A stretch of DNA of 64,000 bases from Acanthaster planci (Eukaryota), in the NCBI RefSeq assembly GCF_001949145.1, contig NW_019091355.1:4475374-4539373 (forward strand). The letters run 5' to 3'. The notes under the pieces were generated by a model. The model ran no database searches. It was given only the letters and a program-made list of their open reading frames with translations, and was not told where the DNA came from. Made by a program: the position numbers and the translations under genes. Numbering within the stretch: the stretch's first letter is position 1; every line of letters starts with the position of its first letter. Positions 12,001 through 23,718 of this stretch are shown in pieces.

Positions 12001-14597
12001 ATGTGATTTAAAAAAAAAACTGGACTATAAGAAGGGACGATGGACAGCTTTACCATCACTTCATTTCTGCATTGCTTCCACTAATCTACAGTACATGAAC
12101 GATACATGATGATATAAAGAACACAACATGTATAGATCTGACGCTGCAGGTTCACCAGAAGTGGAGAACTGTAGGTATACACTTCTGACTTATCTCATTG
12201 CTAAAGAGGAAATTTAAAATTTTGAGGGAATTGGTTCATATCTGTTGAACGCCAAAAGTGTTTAGCAAATATGCTTAACTGTGCAAATACATCACACACA
12301 AAATCTGTAAGAACTTGTCATGAAATGAAACATCACACTGTGATATGTGTCATGCTTTGGTCTGAAGCTGGTTATTTTGGGGGGCGGGGGTCAACTCAAA
12401 CTTTCCTATTAAAATCTCCCTCAAATTGACATTGGCGATACTGCACAAATTGGTAACCTAACATCCTGGCTTCAAAGATGAGTTTGCACCAGGGGACCTA
12501 TGTTGCAAATGACTTTCTCTCTGTCCAGTCTGAGTGAAAAATGATATCTTTGTACACATGCTAAAATCCCGCACGATCCTGCGCAAGTTCACAATGCCAT
12601 GGCTACTTTCTCTTTAATGCAAGGTGATTTCCCTCTGGCATACCTGGACGAGTTTCCTGGACAGGTCATTGGTGAGGTACTCTTCCTCCTGCTCGTAGTT
12701 GACGGCGAGCTTCTCCTTCTCTTTCTTCAGGGCTTGAATCTTTTTCAGGAGTGTGTTGCTGATAAACTCCTCTTCCTGTTCTGCTTGTGCTTGCTGAAAG
12801 ACATTGTTAGAATGACATAAGCATGATTCATTAAAGCTTGACCCACATTTGACCAGTATTTCTGTAGAAAAGGGGTCTGTAAAGTTTCAAACCCTTTTTG
12901 GAGAGAATATATTTCTCCTGCCTCCACTCGTTTTCATCATACATCAATTTCATGGAACGCAAGTCACTGCATAAATCCCCAAAAGACATGAATCTGGGAC
13001 AGAGAAAAATGTCCGATTTTATTAGGAAATACAAAATTTTTTGACCCTCCCACAGACGTTGCACACAACACAGCTGCTGAAGTGGAGTCAAGATACAAAT
13101 TCTTTCCTTCATTTTTTTATTTGAAAGTTTTTAGAGGAATTCCAGAGAAATCAATGGGCAAAATCTGCCTCCTTCGATCTCTGCTTTTCATCTTTTGAAA
13201 ACTTTGCAAGCAGTGAAGTACAACCGAGTATATCTGTGGAGTTTAAAATTCAGTCCATCATAGAGATCAGAGACATTTGTTGCTATGGTCACTGTAGTTC
13301 AAGGCCTTATGCACGTTGGACTTTGGGGAAAGTTGGTGACTGGGACCCGATTTTTATAAAATCTGTGTCAAGACATTACTTGAATAACTCCCGAGGCTGA
13401 AGGCTCGTCATGAAAAAAAAAAGTACAGTCACAAAAATGTTTACGATGGCAAGGTATTCATCGAGTTGAAATAAACATGTACATGTACCCATGGCACCTG
13501 TTCTTTCCCAGGCAGGCCCTGGGTTGAAACGCCTAGATTCTCCTTGGGAATTAAAAAAAAACCTGACACATCTAATTACGTAAGACCACAGGCCTATTCA
13601 CCCTTAACCTAATATTTGGTGAAGGGAGTGTGAACCTGGCAAATAGGCCTACACGTTCATGTTGTTCACGAGTGTTACAACATGGGGGGGCTTGTAAATA
13701 AGCCAAATCAGAGTTTCAGGTGCTCAAGGAATTGTGGGATAGAAATTGGATAAGCAAACCCATGTGGTGTAGATGTAGCCAGCGGTACGGTGTAGCATAG
13801 ACTTGGCGTACGAATGAGTGAGGTTTAATTTATTTTCAACTTTCGGCAGTTAACACGAATTTTTTACTTGAAATATTTAGGTGATTCTTTATTCACCTTT
13901 CATGTAGGCCTAGGCCTATATCCCCAGACTGTCCAGGCACAGGTGCTATAGAACATCTTTTACTTTCGAAGAAATCCAAACCAGAATGGGAAGTCAAAAA
14001 ACTACTTGGTGCGAACATGTGCATTGCTATAGAGTGCAAAGTGTCCCAAAAATGGGTTGGCAAGGCCAGTTGGCGCATAGGCCTATGCGAACGAAAGACT
14101 GAATTGGCTTATTCTGAACATGCAAAAACTGCTTCCCGATCCCTAATTTGAAGGAGCTGTTTGCTTTTCCTAAGGAAAGGTGCATAAGTAGCTAGATGCA
14201 ACAAACTGACGGGGTGGAATGTACATGTATTTGATGGCTAAAGGTTATTTACAAATTACATACATGCATTATTACGAGTACGCTCTACACCATGTATGTC
14301 TGCGTCATGTACACATAATGTACAGTCATGACAGTAGTCATAGTCAGATAGACATGAGCCTGAATGAATGTTACTCACGATATTCACACTCGCCCGTTTC
14401 AGGTCACGATTTTCCCCTTGAAGGGATTTGCAGCGCATCTTGTAGGTCTCAAGCTCAATCTTCAAAACCCTGTTCTCCTGTTCCAGAGAAGCAATTCTAT
14501 TGAGCAGCTCCTCTTTTCGCGTTGGGATGCACATTTTCATGCTGTCCGTGTCGCTTTCGATCTCGCTAGCACTCGCACTGTCCGCCATGTCTGCCAT
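3049..14597 (-). CDS. CCDC6: Coiled-coil domain-containing protein 6 (H4/D10S170 family), multi-exon, 3'-incomplete
   Basis: Exons 14379-14597, 12644-12793, 11719-11847, 10816-10919, 9919-10076, 9139-9393, 6010-6143, 5514-5543 and 3049-3081 have GT-AG ends and compatible phases, joining into 404 open codons. Family-typical peptides include [53 protein letters not shown] and [14 protein letters not shown]. No stop-containing terminal exon was recognised. Confidence 0.93.
4709..4985. mobile_element. MITE-like element with CCCAATTTCAC terminal inverted repeats
   Basis: Left end GGGCCCAATTTCACGGCGCTGCT, right end AGCGGCACTGTGAAATTGGG. Confidence 0.65.
5514..5543 (-). CDS. CCDC6: CCDC6 candidate 30-nt microexon ([10 protein letters not shown])
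   Basis: CTAAT branch-like motif, pyrimidine tract, ttcag acceptor and CAG|GTAAGA donor; phase 0-0. Confidence 0.65.
6010..6143 (-). CDS. CCDC6: CCDC6 exon 7, Ser/Pro-rich ([18 protein letters not shown]...SHLMH)
   Basis: gacag acceptor and GTGAGT donor; 134 nt, phase 1-0 and open. The composition fits the low-complexity CCDC6 C-terminus. Confidence 0.75.
6491..6862. mobile_element. MITE-like element with TTAACCYTAACC..CCTC ends and internal GGAGGATT repeats
   Basis: TTAACCTTAACCTTCCTCAATCC ... GAGGGGGTTAGGGTTAA; a shorter relative lies at ~19841-19917. Confidence 0.55.
7836..8120. repeat. 33-bp minisatellite (TACATGTACGTGGGCTACAGACACACATGTAGA), ~8.3 copies
   Basis: Eight full units, two carrying an extra TACATG; it explains the three overlapping repetitive ORFs. 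Confidence 0.95.
8154..8329. mobile_element. Palindromic MITE family A copy
   Basis: AATACGGGTGATTCACAAGAGTGCGCC ... GGCGCACTATTGTGAATTGCCTGTATT. Confidence 0.85.
8400..8570. repeat. A/C-rich low-complexity tract
   Basis: Runs of aaac, aaacc and agac. Confidence 0.7.
9139..9393 (-). CDS. CCDC6: CCDC6 exon 6 ([14 protein letters not shown]...[19 protein letters not shown])
   Basis: cag acceptor and GTATGC donor; 255 nt, phase 1-1. Confidence 0.93.
9919..10076 (-). CDS. CCDC6: CCDC6 exon 5 ([18 protein letters not shown]...AQIE)
   Basis: tttag acceptor and GTAAGT donor; 158 nt, phase 2-1. Confidence 0.92.
10816..10919 (-). CDS. CCDC6: CCDC6 exon 4 ([34 protein letters not shown])
   Basis: ttgcag acceptor and a weak GTCAAA donor; 104 nt, phase 0-2. 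Confidence 0.92.
11719..11847 (-). CDS. CCDC6: CCDC6 exon 3 ([27 protein letters not shown]...LEE)
   Basis: cag acceptor and GTACGT donor; 129 nt. Absent from the ORF track, translated by hand. Confidence 0.93.
12644..12793 (-). CDS. CCDC6: CCDC6 exon 2 ([16 protein letters not shown]...RKLVQ)
   Basis: tttcag acceptor and GTATGC donor; 150 nt, phase 0-0. Confidence 0.95.
14379..14597 (-). CDS. CCDC6: CCDC6 coding exon 1 ([18 protein letters not shown]...RASVNI)
   Basis: ATG at 14597 and donor GTGAGT; 219 nt, ends phase 0. Confidence 0.93.
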
Positions 14598-15084
14598 GTT
14601 TTCACAAACAATGGGTCGATCGTGTCTAGTCGAGTCTAGTCTGGGTTGAATCGAATGGTTACGGCAACAAGCGCATGGAGCAATGCATGCGCCACGGGCA
14701 AGTGACTAGTCGCTCGTCATCGGGTTCCATAGGTACATATACTATTTCCAGCCGCAGCCACAACAGTTTGGACACACTCCACCATTATTGGAAACCTTTG
14801 GGATCGACAGGCTACAACTTAGAGGGGCAATCCAATCATATAAACAATTGCACCACTGCATTTCATTTAACCTTATTCTACATTTTGGTTATTTTAAAAG
14901 GTGTTTTCTTGCCTTTTGAATTTTTTAAAATTAATTTATTTTCATGCTCCTACCAGTTTCTATCAGTATGAGAAAAAACTGTGACGCCATCTCAGGGAGA
15001 AATTAAACTTCCAATCTTCCAATGGTTACTTGCTAGGATTGTGGATATTTCCCCTTAAATTTATTTTCGTCGGTGCTTTACTGT

Positions 15085-15272
15085 CAGGCGCGGATGGGCG
15101 GGGGGCGAACCCCGCTCTAAAAAAGAAGACAAAAATTGGGAAAATGATCAAAAATAACTAAAGCGCACCAATATCATTGTAAACATATGTCATGTAGTCC
15201 CATCACCATTTCTGCTTGTCCACAAAAAACTTGTCTGACCCCCCCCCGGAAATTTTCCTGGATTCAACATTG
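15085..15272. mobile_element. MITE with CAGGCGCGGATCC-type ends (family B)
   Basis: CAGGCGCGGAT...CCTGGATT. The internal AAAATTGGGAAAATGAT..AAAAATAA is shared with ~24425-24530, and the 3' part with ~60815-61015. Confidence 0.6.
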
Positions 15273-17641
15273 ATTATTGTGCTAGTACACTGTACGTGGA
15301 ATTGAGCCAACATACCACCCTTTCTCGGCTGTTTTTTACTAAGGATGGGCGTCGCCAAGATTCTTACGGGGAGGGGGCGGACAAGCAGTTTTACAGGGTG
15401 AACAATTCCAGGGTACAGTAACAAGGCACCCAACACTGAAGGGATAACCCATTAAAAGTGGAAGGGTGCAATTTTCAAGTTTTTTTCAAATAAATTGGGG
15501 ATTTTTTTTCATTTCTCTTTTCCCCCCAACACCGTAGGTGGAAAGGGGGGCGAATTAATGGAATTTAAAAATGCGTACTGAGCACCTATGCAATGTCAAG
15601 TACACCTAAAAGCATTGGCGATAAAATCAAAATTAGTGCCTTATCATTAACTGCCATGTTGGCAAGTTATAAAATGAACTTATATAACATGTATGGGTCA
15701 AACACAGGCCCAAGCACAAACCAGTGGAACATGCCATCTTGGGTAATGGTAAATGAATCAGCTTGATTAAATAATTACAAATGTGTATGCCAAAAAAGTG
15801 AATTCCAGGACTGAAGAAAAAAGGGGAATCAATGCCTGTGGAATAAAATAAGTTGTGACCTGAGCCTCTTAAGCTGCAGTCAAGTGGTATGGTGCACTCC
15901 CAGTGATTTTCTTGATGTGATCTGTTTTGGGGGGGGGTAGTCTTAGGTCACAACTCCCGATTCAGAATTGAAGTGAAATGCACATTTGCACTAACATGAC
16001 ATCATGCTTTGTGCGCTTTCGTACGTTGATTCCACGGATTGCATCTCATCGCACCGCCTCAAGAAAACTCATGTTAACAAAGCTGGAAGTCATTGTTTTA
16101 GGTCCGTTTTGATTTTGATGCAGTCTAGAGTATTTTTCACAGCAAACACTGCGCACATGCAATTGCTCCTCACCCCTGCAGACATTAAGTACGTGATTCT
16201 GGACTGGTCAAGTTGGAAGGCATGACCTCTTGAATTTGTTCATCTAACCAGCAAGATGCTGCAGGACCTTCTTCTATTGTAATGTCAACGGCAAGTGTAA
16301 AAATATCTATGCACACATGTAACAGGCTTTACCACTTTGAGTGATTATTGCACTTTATTTTATACATGTATGTAATAAATAATGGTCAATAGTGCTGCTG
16401 TCTGCAAATTACACAATCTTTCCCTTGTGATATTCTTTAGCATAAAAAGCATGGAGACGAGTCACATTACGTGCCGCATTACAAACACAGCCTTTCATGA
16501 TCGTCGTTAATTACAAAATAGGCAAACATTGGCGGTAAAATATTAAAAAACTCCCTTCGTGGAGGCTCAATTATGTGCCTCTATGGCCAATCGTGTTCCC
16601 ACTTAACACAGATTCTGTGGATTCCAGTGAATCTTAGAAAAATATATAAAATATCAATTATCAAAATCACAAGAATTAAATAAGTTAGGTATCTTCGGCA
16701 AGAAAGCCAGCCTGTAGGTTCAGGTCACTGGCTTTGGTACCCCTTTTCAAATACCTTCCAGCCTGAAACTTTCCCAACCAGTCTGTTGAGCCCCTCTAAT
16801 AACTTTGAGCATCCACAGATTTGTCGCCTCCAGATAAAATGTTTTACACCCCTCTGACATTATTTTGCCAACGTGTAAAGGAAATTTTAACTCCATAAAA
16901 TGAGCATAAAAAGGTAGAGTGTAAAATAAGCATTTGTGTCACTTCTTTTAAAGACTGGGAAATAACTTATTACTTAGCCTTCCTTAACCTTCCAAATCTT
17001 TCAACTGTCAACATGTCTTCAGGTTTTGCCCCTCTCCAATTTCACCCACAGAGTTACCACACAAGGCAAGTAATCGGAGTGGTAGGATTTGCCGAGACAC
17101 GAGCCTTTGCAGTATTTCTCTGCAGGGCACATAGAGGGGTCTTCAGTCAAGAACTGGGCTAAGTACAGGAGGGTTGATCAGTTACCGATTTTGTTATTCC
17201 ACATCGCACTTGTCGCGAGGAACAGCGTTATTTTGGGCAGAAAATGCTGACTTTTTAAACCGAGAAGATACCAACCACCGCATTCCTTTACAAAGTTGGA
17301 CTTCACGAATGTGGACCCAAGGTGGTAATTTGTTCAAGATTTGTGTGACATTTCTTGCTGTGTCGTCGCTTTCTTGGAACTCGGAGGTGACGACATGAAA
17401 TGACATTTGCTGTAACACCCATCCGTGGTCCGCTGCTGCTGGAGGGCTCCACACATGCTCAAACCTCCGCAGACAGGTTTGAGCCTCTGTATGGCGCGCG
17501 CACAAGCTCAGCAGGAATCAACCAAGCTTGGAGTGAACACAGACATCATGTGGCACTGCTACAGAATCTGTGTTACGACGCAGAAAATCCCTGCATATTT
17601 CTGTGTCGTTCCTCGTGAGGGGGTCATAACAATGCTGTTCA

Positions 17642-17807
17642 TCACCTCTCGTCTGAATGGATATTAAGATACTGTTTGAGATGTTCATACAGAGTGAACG
17701 ACACGGCTGCTGCAGGTATAGCTCTCAAGTAATTGATACTAACGCCCCGAAAGAGTCCTTGTGTGCCACGCTCGGTGTAAACCAAGACCAGGGTCTCCAA
17801 GCATGAA
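17642..17807 (-). CDS. SLC25A16: SLC25A16 exon 9 (terminal)
   Basis: GLFRGVSINYLRAIPAAAVSFTLYEHLKQYL...ER followed by TGA TGA. Confidence 0.93.
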
Positions 17808-20800
17808 CTGTTAAAAGAGACAAAATCATAAAAATCATCCATGAACACAAAAATGTCAGCCAACACGGGCTCCAGGGACAACAATCTCGACTTATGCGTT
17901 TCATCTTTTCATTTATACCAGGAGTCTACATTCACTGGAACATTTTAAAAAGTACTCCTAAAAGAAACAAAAAAAAATTCACAAACAACCTCTGCCTGTG
18001 ATTACCTGGACGGATTGGCATTGGGTACCATGGCACCTAGCTGCATGAGTCTCCTTCCAACATCCAGGGGATATCTGCAATGAACAATGGAAAACCTTCA
18101 GCCTTCAGCACATGGGGCTAATCTGTTCATTTGGGGTCCAAGTTTTTCCTGTCCCTATCACATCTGGCATATAATTTTGTGAGTTCAGAACACATTCTTA
18201 AATTTCCAAGAGTGATTAAGTAATGCAATTACCCGCCAAACAAATACTACAGTTCGAAGTCAATTTTAGTGATATATCCCTTGACAAATGACAAAGGCCA
18301 GGTGTAACAGCGACAGTGAAAATATCACATCGGTGCTCAAAATTTAAGGAATGACCCATATGGCTCCTACGATCCCATCTAACTGAATTCAAGGCAAGGC
18401 TGAGTGCAATCCAGGCGATAGCATTCAAACCGCCAGCATAACTACTCTTCATGTAATTACTCTCAACTACAATCAATGATGCTGCATGTTTTATGACCAG
18501 TGTATCTTCCCAGCACACGTGATTTCTCAAGACACGGTCCGACGAATATTCTCTAATACTTTCTGAAAATCGAGGAAGGAGTTTGCACAGAGGTAAATCA
18601 AGGCATGCTTTCTACCTGAGAATAACTGAACTTACACAATAGTTTGAGCAAATGCCCCGGCGAATCCACCGATGAAAAGGTTGGCCTGTGCAGTCAGCAC
18701 TCTTTCCTGGAGGTTGGCCGGAGATGGCTTGGATAGGTAGAGGGGCCCCTTGACTAGGACGTAGGCCTTGCCCATTTCATATGAATAGAAAGCTGCACCT
18801 GAAGACATGCAGGATACAGGATTGGCAATGGTGTAACTATGAAGATAAGACTGTCCTACTACAGATGCCAAAACCTCCTGGTTTTCAGCTTTCTGTTTCC
18901 AAGCTGGTGTGAAGCATGATTCTTGTGAGATTCCCGAGATCTTGTGAGAGTTCTTTGGAAGGATCACAGACACACCATCTCAGCTGAACGAAAGACGTGT
19001 GATATGCCCTCACTGTTCTAGTGATGAAGATCCCCTTTAGTTCACACCAACATGACACAGATGGGTATGCACATTTGCACCAACAAAATCTAGCTTGGAC
19101 CACTTACCAGCATAAGGCACCATTCCTAATAGCGTTGGACCGACTCCTCTGTATAGTGCTCTAAGTTGGCCCTCCTGTTAAGTGTTACAAAGATATAAGC
19201 GGGAGAAATCTAGCTCTTAGAAAAAAGGCTTTGCCACAGTAAGGCTAAAGGGGTCTGAATTTTGGGACCAGGGCTTATCCACGTCACATAATATACCTGA
19301 TTAAGAGGTACAGTACACTCAGGGGAAGCATGCAAAAACCTGAAGGTGTGCTATCAAACGTTCATAATTATGACGGAAAGATTAGTGTGCTCATCATGGC
19401 ATCTCACCTCATGCCATATGGACCGGCAAGTGTGCAAAATGCCTCTGTATAAACACTCTCCCTGCACTTGGTAAGCTAATCTTGCTCTGACCATGTCAAG
19501 TGGATATGTGAACAGTACTGCAATCACACCTGTAAAACAATTTAGACACAGCATATTATATAATTGAGTCAATTTAAAGGCATAAAAAGGATCTTACAAA
19601 CAAGCTCTAACACCTGCTACAACCAAACCCCTGAAGACAGAGAGGAGTGTCAAAGATTCCTACCTGCAAGGGAGCCTGACAGCAACTTCTGTTTGGTTTT
19701 CTGTGAGAAAAGACTAGTGCTGATTAGTATTAGTAATATTAATTGTGATGGTTAAGACTGACAAATTTAAGTTGTAACAGAAGAACTATCCCACATTTAA
19801 CAGCACATTTACACGTAAAAGAAAGGGTTACTTCTGTAAGTTAAGCCCAACAGTCCTCAATCCTTCGACCGTTGGGGGACTGAAAATGGGTTAAGGATTG
19901 AGGACCAGTACGGTTAATGTAAAAAATACATACTATGAATCCAGTACTACATTACGTGACTGACTATTCCAAAACCAGGCTTCAATAGGTAATTTTGATG
20001 TTTGACAATTCTTCTTCACCACTGCTGGCTTTCAGACCTCAAAGTGATCCAAAGTAACAATTTGTCTGTAGAAAGCTTTGGTAGTAAAGATCAATGCAAG
20101 TTGTGGATTTGGCATTGTGGATTTGGCATTGTTTATGTGTCTATTTGGTATCATCTTCCAGATTATACCTTATAATTCTTTAGTCTGGTTTTGAAATGGC
20201 AGGTCACATAAAATGTGTACTTTAATTGTAGAATACTGCCATTATTTTACATAATACATGTACATAAATTTACAGCACACGGACGTGTAAATGATGCAAC
20301 GGTTTCAACACCATTGTCCTTTAATTTTCTAGGACAGAGAACATCAGGTAAAGGGAAGTACCTAGCTCATTGTCTGCATGTACATCATCATGTAGTTTGT
20401 AACACACTGACAGGTTTCTGAATTGTTTTAATCATCTCATCGTCACAAAGCTAGGGCTGCAGAAGCGACTGGTGGTAAACTGGTGGGACATCTCACACAT
20501 GAAAGTAACCAGGTGAGTCAGGGGTAGAAGATCCACCGGAACAAGCTTGTCTAATCCCAAACCTAACAGACTTCGCCTGACCATGGTTAACAGTACGCTT
20601 ATCTTAGCTCCCAGAAATGGCAGAAGCACTGTGTAGGGCTGAGTCTATTCAAATAATTCACTATTCAAATATTCGACCTTCAATTTGATCGAATATCCAA
20701 ATATTCAGTCGTACCTACCAGCAGATTGTTGATGAACAAACCGTATACAAAATCAGTAGCAATAATGCACACAATTGAACATTATGATCAGTGTAATAGC

Positions 20801-23718
20801 TTCTTACATCTAGGAGAATCTCCAGCCACGATTTAGCAAGATTTAAAAGATGACCAAACTTCCTGCCCTGTTCTAAATTTCAATACCTTTAAAATTGTTG
20901 CATGAATAATTTCCTTTATGAATCATTGTAAGATTTCTGTCACTCTTCACTTGAATCTGCTTGAAACAAGCCTCCATAGGCTATTTTTCTAATTTAAAAA
21001 CCAAAGGAAAATTCTCCCTTCCTTTTCATGAATTTTGCATTCAAATATTCAAATTCGAAAAACAACATTCCGTTATTCGGCACAGCCCTAGCACTGCGTC
21101 GGGCACTGTTCAGAACATACCTCTGTGACAGTTATTCTAAACGGTCAGCACAGAGTGTCGTTACTCCGACCACAAAGAAAATGCAATGGATCTGTATTGT
21201 CATCATCATGCATTATACCTTTTTGAACCAGTCATACGTCACAAACTGTATCGCCCCATATGGAAAGGTGCGCACCATCATGGCACCGTTGCCACGGTAC
21301 AGTCCCCGCACTCCTTCATGCTCTACTACTTTGGCAAGAGAGGACCATACACCTGAAAGAGCAAAGGTATTAACACGTTGACTTGCCGACCACAACAAGG
21401 CTATTTGTTGTGATGGACGTATACTCAGGGAAGAGATGCGTTTGGCGGTGTGGTAAGAATGCACTGGCTATGTTGTATAAATACAAACCCCTAGCGCGCA
21501 AGAGGACAACAGCTTTGTCACGGTTGTGCTTAATTTCTCACAGCCTAATGCTTTTACAGTAAAGATAACGTGGGTAATATGTACAAAGGTGGAAATATAA
21601 TTTCACCAGTGGATGCGCTTTATTTCATGTAGCACTGAAGAAACAAAATCAATACACTACAGCTGTTGAAATGTCTGTGCCACTGCAGAGGCAGGAGTCC
21701 TCCCCTCGTAATCTTGTATCAGATCCATGTAAATTGTAGTTGGCGTAACTGAACGGTCAACTCGTATCATAAAAACACTTAAGAAATGATTGTGTCACAG
21801 CCTCAACGGAAATGAAAATAACCTGATGAATATGTGCCCATGTGTGCTTTGCTTTGCAAAGAGGTTGACCTCCGCACGTACACCGGCAGCCATCGTGAAT
21901 TCCAAAGTAACTCAACATAAAGCTAACACGCCACTGTTCTCTACATTTGCAGGGAATGTTAGCCCCAAGTGCAGCCTGACACCTTACATCCTCAAAACCG
22001 ATCCCTCTCAAAATAGGACAGTACTCGCACAAAACTTGTGTACAAGTGATTCAAGGAGTTGTTTACCAAGGATTGCAAAAACATGATGTTGGAGGAGTAG
22101 ATCCAGAACAAACTTTGGGGGGGGGGAGCATTTTTGGAGGTGGGTGGGTTCAAAAATATTTCGAAGCTTTTATGTAACCTTTTATGGCCTTTTTGTAGGG
22201 CACAGATATATTTTAGGACTTTAAACACATATTTGCAAGGGAGAAGAAAGAAATTTACAAAAAAAACCACCTTTCTCATTATTTTTCCCAAAAAAGGAGG
22301 GGGGAGAGGGTTGCTTTTCCTGGGTTGGGGATGGCCCCTCAATTTCCCCCCCCCATCCACCCTCGATTACATGCCGAGAAAATACAGCGCTGGATTACAT
22401 TCGAACATCCATGTACCAATACAATGCTTAAGCACACTACACGTTTATCTGTACTACATGTAACCTCTTTCATTAGGATCTTACCAAGATGATTGTAATA
22501 TTGATGATGGGCTTGTAGGAGAATTTTGACCCGGTCAAGAGGGGCTGTTGTCACTTTGCCACAACATCCTGCAATTCCTGAAATCAGAACCAAAAAACTT
22601 AAATTTTAAGAAATGTTATTCAATGTTTGAATATTCTGAAATTATAGTAAACCCTTCACTGATAATGGCTTTGGCATAGTGTAGCGTGTCCTGCCCATTA
22701 GGCTCTACAGTCACATGCCTATATACCAAATTTTGGTTGACTTTTTCAAGCGCTTCGAAATGAAAGCATTTTCACGATTGGAGTTACTCGATGTACGCCA
22801 TACCCTTCTAAATCAATCCATGACTGCGTAATCTTACCTCCTACTTTTCGAGAAACTTGCAGCTAATTATTGAACTTCATTGGTTCGTGCACATTGACTT
22901 TGACAGCTTGAATCATCATGGCGTCAAGTTTGTGACCCCTTAACCGTTATGCAAATACAGCACCAGGTGTTCAGATGCGATGGCTAGTTCCTGTTTACCC
23001 ATGCATGGGCTGGCAGTCATGGCAGTGAGCAGTTTAGGTGATTTGAGCTGTCAACGTCAATGTGCACAAACGTATGAAGTTTAAAGATTAGCTGCGAATT
23101 TCTCGAAAAGAAGGAGGTAAGATTATGTAATGAAGGATTGATTTGGAAGCGGAGAGGGTTATGGTGTACATTGAGCAACTCCAATCGTGAAAATGCTTTT
23201 ATTTCGAAGCGCTTGAAAAAAGTCAACAAAAATTTGGTATAGGCCTAGTGGATGGGCATGTGGCTGTAGGGGAGCGCAGTGTACTATAGGTGGGTTTTAT
23301 TCCTCCATGGCGTTACGAACCCAAAAAGTCAGAACCTCTTTGGGCAGAAATTAAAACTACAAAACTTGTCTGGGAAAATGCCATCGGAGTGAAATTAAAT
23401 AATTTACACATCCTTACGACGAGCATCAATCATGATGACCGTTGCCTTCCAAAATTCCTCTAATCTGACGTGGATACGGTTAACCAACTGGCCATGCACG
23501 CTCTGCGTGATAGCTCTTAACATGAAAGTTGTCAAGCCATAGCATCAGGCGCGGCCACACGTACGGTCAGGCCTAACAGTAACAACTGCTGCTAATAAAT
23601 CGATAAACAGTATAAAATGATTAGATACAAACAGTTAATTGCTGCAAAAACTTGGGAAGTAATTACCACCGGCGAGAGAATTTTGGATGATTTCGCCAGA
23701 TCCTGCCAGAGCAGTCAT
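17642..23718 (-). CDS. SLC25A16: Mitochondrial carrier SLC25A16 (Graves disease carrier, CoA-transporter type), 9 exons, 300 aa
   Basis: Exons 23667-23718, 22485-22577, 21219-21352, 19664-19700, 19408-19529, 19108-19174, 18636-18798, 18006-18074 and 17642-17807 sum to 903 nt, in frame to TGA. Three PX[DE]XX[KR] motifs are present (PLDRVK, PLDMVR, PLDVGR). GIAGCCGKVTTAPLDRVKILLQAHHQYYNHLGV matches the SLC25A16 subfamily. Confidence 0.93.
18006..18074 (-). CDS. SLC25A16: SLC25A16 exon 8
   Basis: YPLDVGRRLMQLGAMVPNANPS; 69 nt, phase 2-2. Confidence 0.93.
18636..18798 (-). CDS. SLC25A16: SLC25A16 exon 7
   Basis: GAAFYSYEMGK...ANLFIGGFAGAFAQTI; 163 nt. Confidence 0.93.
19108..19174 (-). CDS. SLC25A16: SLC25A16 exon 6
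   Basis: EGQLRALYRGVGPTLLGMVPYA; 67 nt, donor GTAAGT. Confidence 0.93.
19408..19529 (-). CDS. SLC25A16: SLC25A16 exon 5
   Basis: GVIAVLFTYPLDMVRARLAYQVQGE...WHE; 122 nt. Confidence 0.95.
19664..19700 (-). CDS. SLC25A16: SLC25A16 exon 4 (KTKQKLLSGSLA)
   Basis: ttttctcacag acceptor and GTAGGA donor; 37 nt, phase 0-1 bridging exons 3 and 5. Confidence 0.85.
20634..21090. mobile_element. Non-autonomous hAT-like DNA transposon with 8-bp target site duplication
   Basis: Ends TAGGGCTG...CAGCCCTA; flanks GCACTGTG (20626-20633) and GCACTGCG (21091-21098); subterminal (A)ATATTC repeats. Confidence 0.8.
21219..21352 (-). CDS. SLC25A16: SLC25A16 exon 3
   Basis: EGVRGLYRGNGAMMVRTFPYGAIQFVTYDWFKK; 134 nt, AG/GT ends. 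Confidence 0.95.
22485..22577 (-). CDS. SLC25A16: SLC25A16 exon 2
   Basis: GIAGCCGKVTTAPLDRVKILLQAHHQYYNHL; tttcag and GTAAGA ends; 93 nt. Confidence 0.95.
22705..23269. repeat. Long imperfect inverted repeat (foldback/MITE) in SLC25A16 intron 1
   Basis: Arms ~22705-22915 and ~23039-23269 are reverse complements (e.g. TTTTTCAAGCGCTTCGAAAT vs ATTTCGAAGCGCTTGAAAAA) around a ~120-bp spacer. Confidence 0.9.
23667..23718 (-). CDS. SLC25A16: SLC25A16 exon 1 (MTALAGSGEIIQNSLAG)
   Basis: ATG at 23718 and donor GTAATT; phase 1 joins to give the expected ..LAGGIAG motif. Confidence 0.8.
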
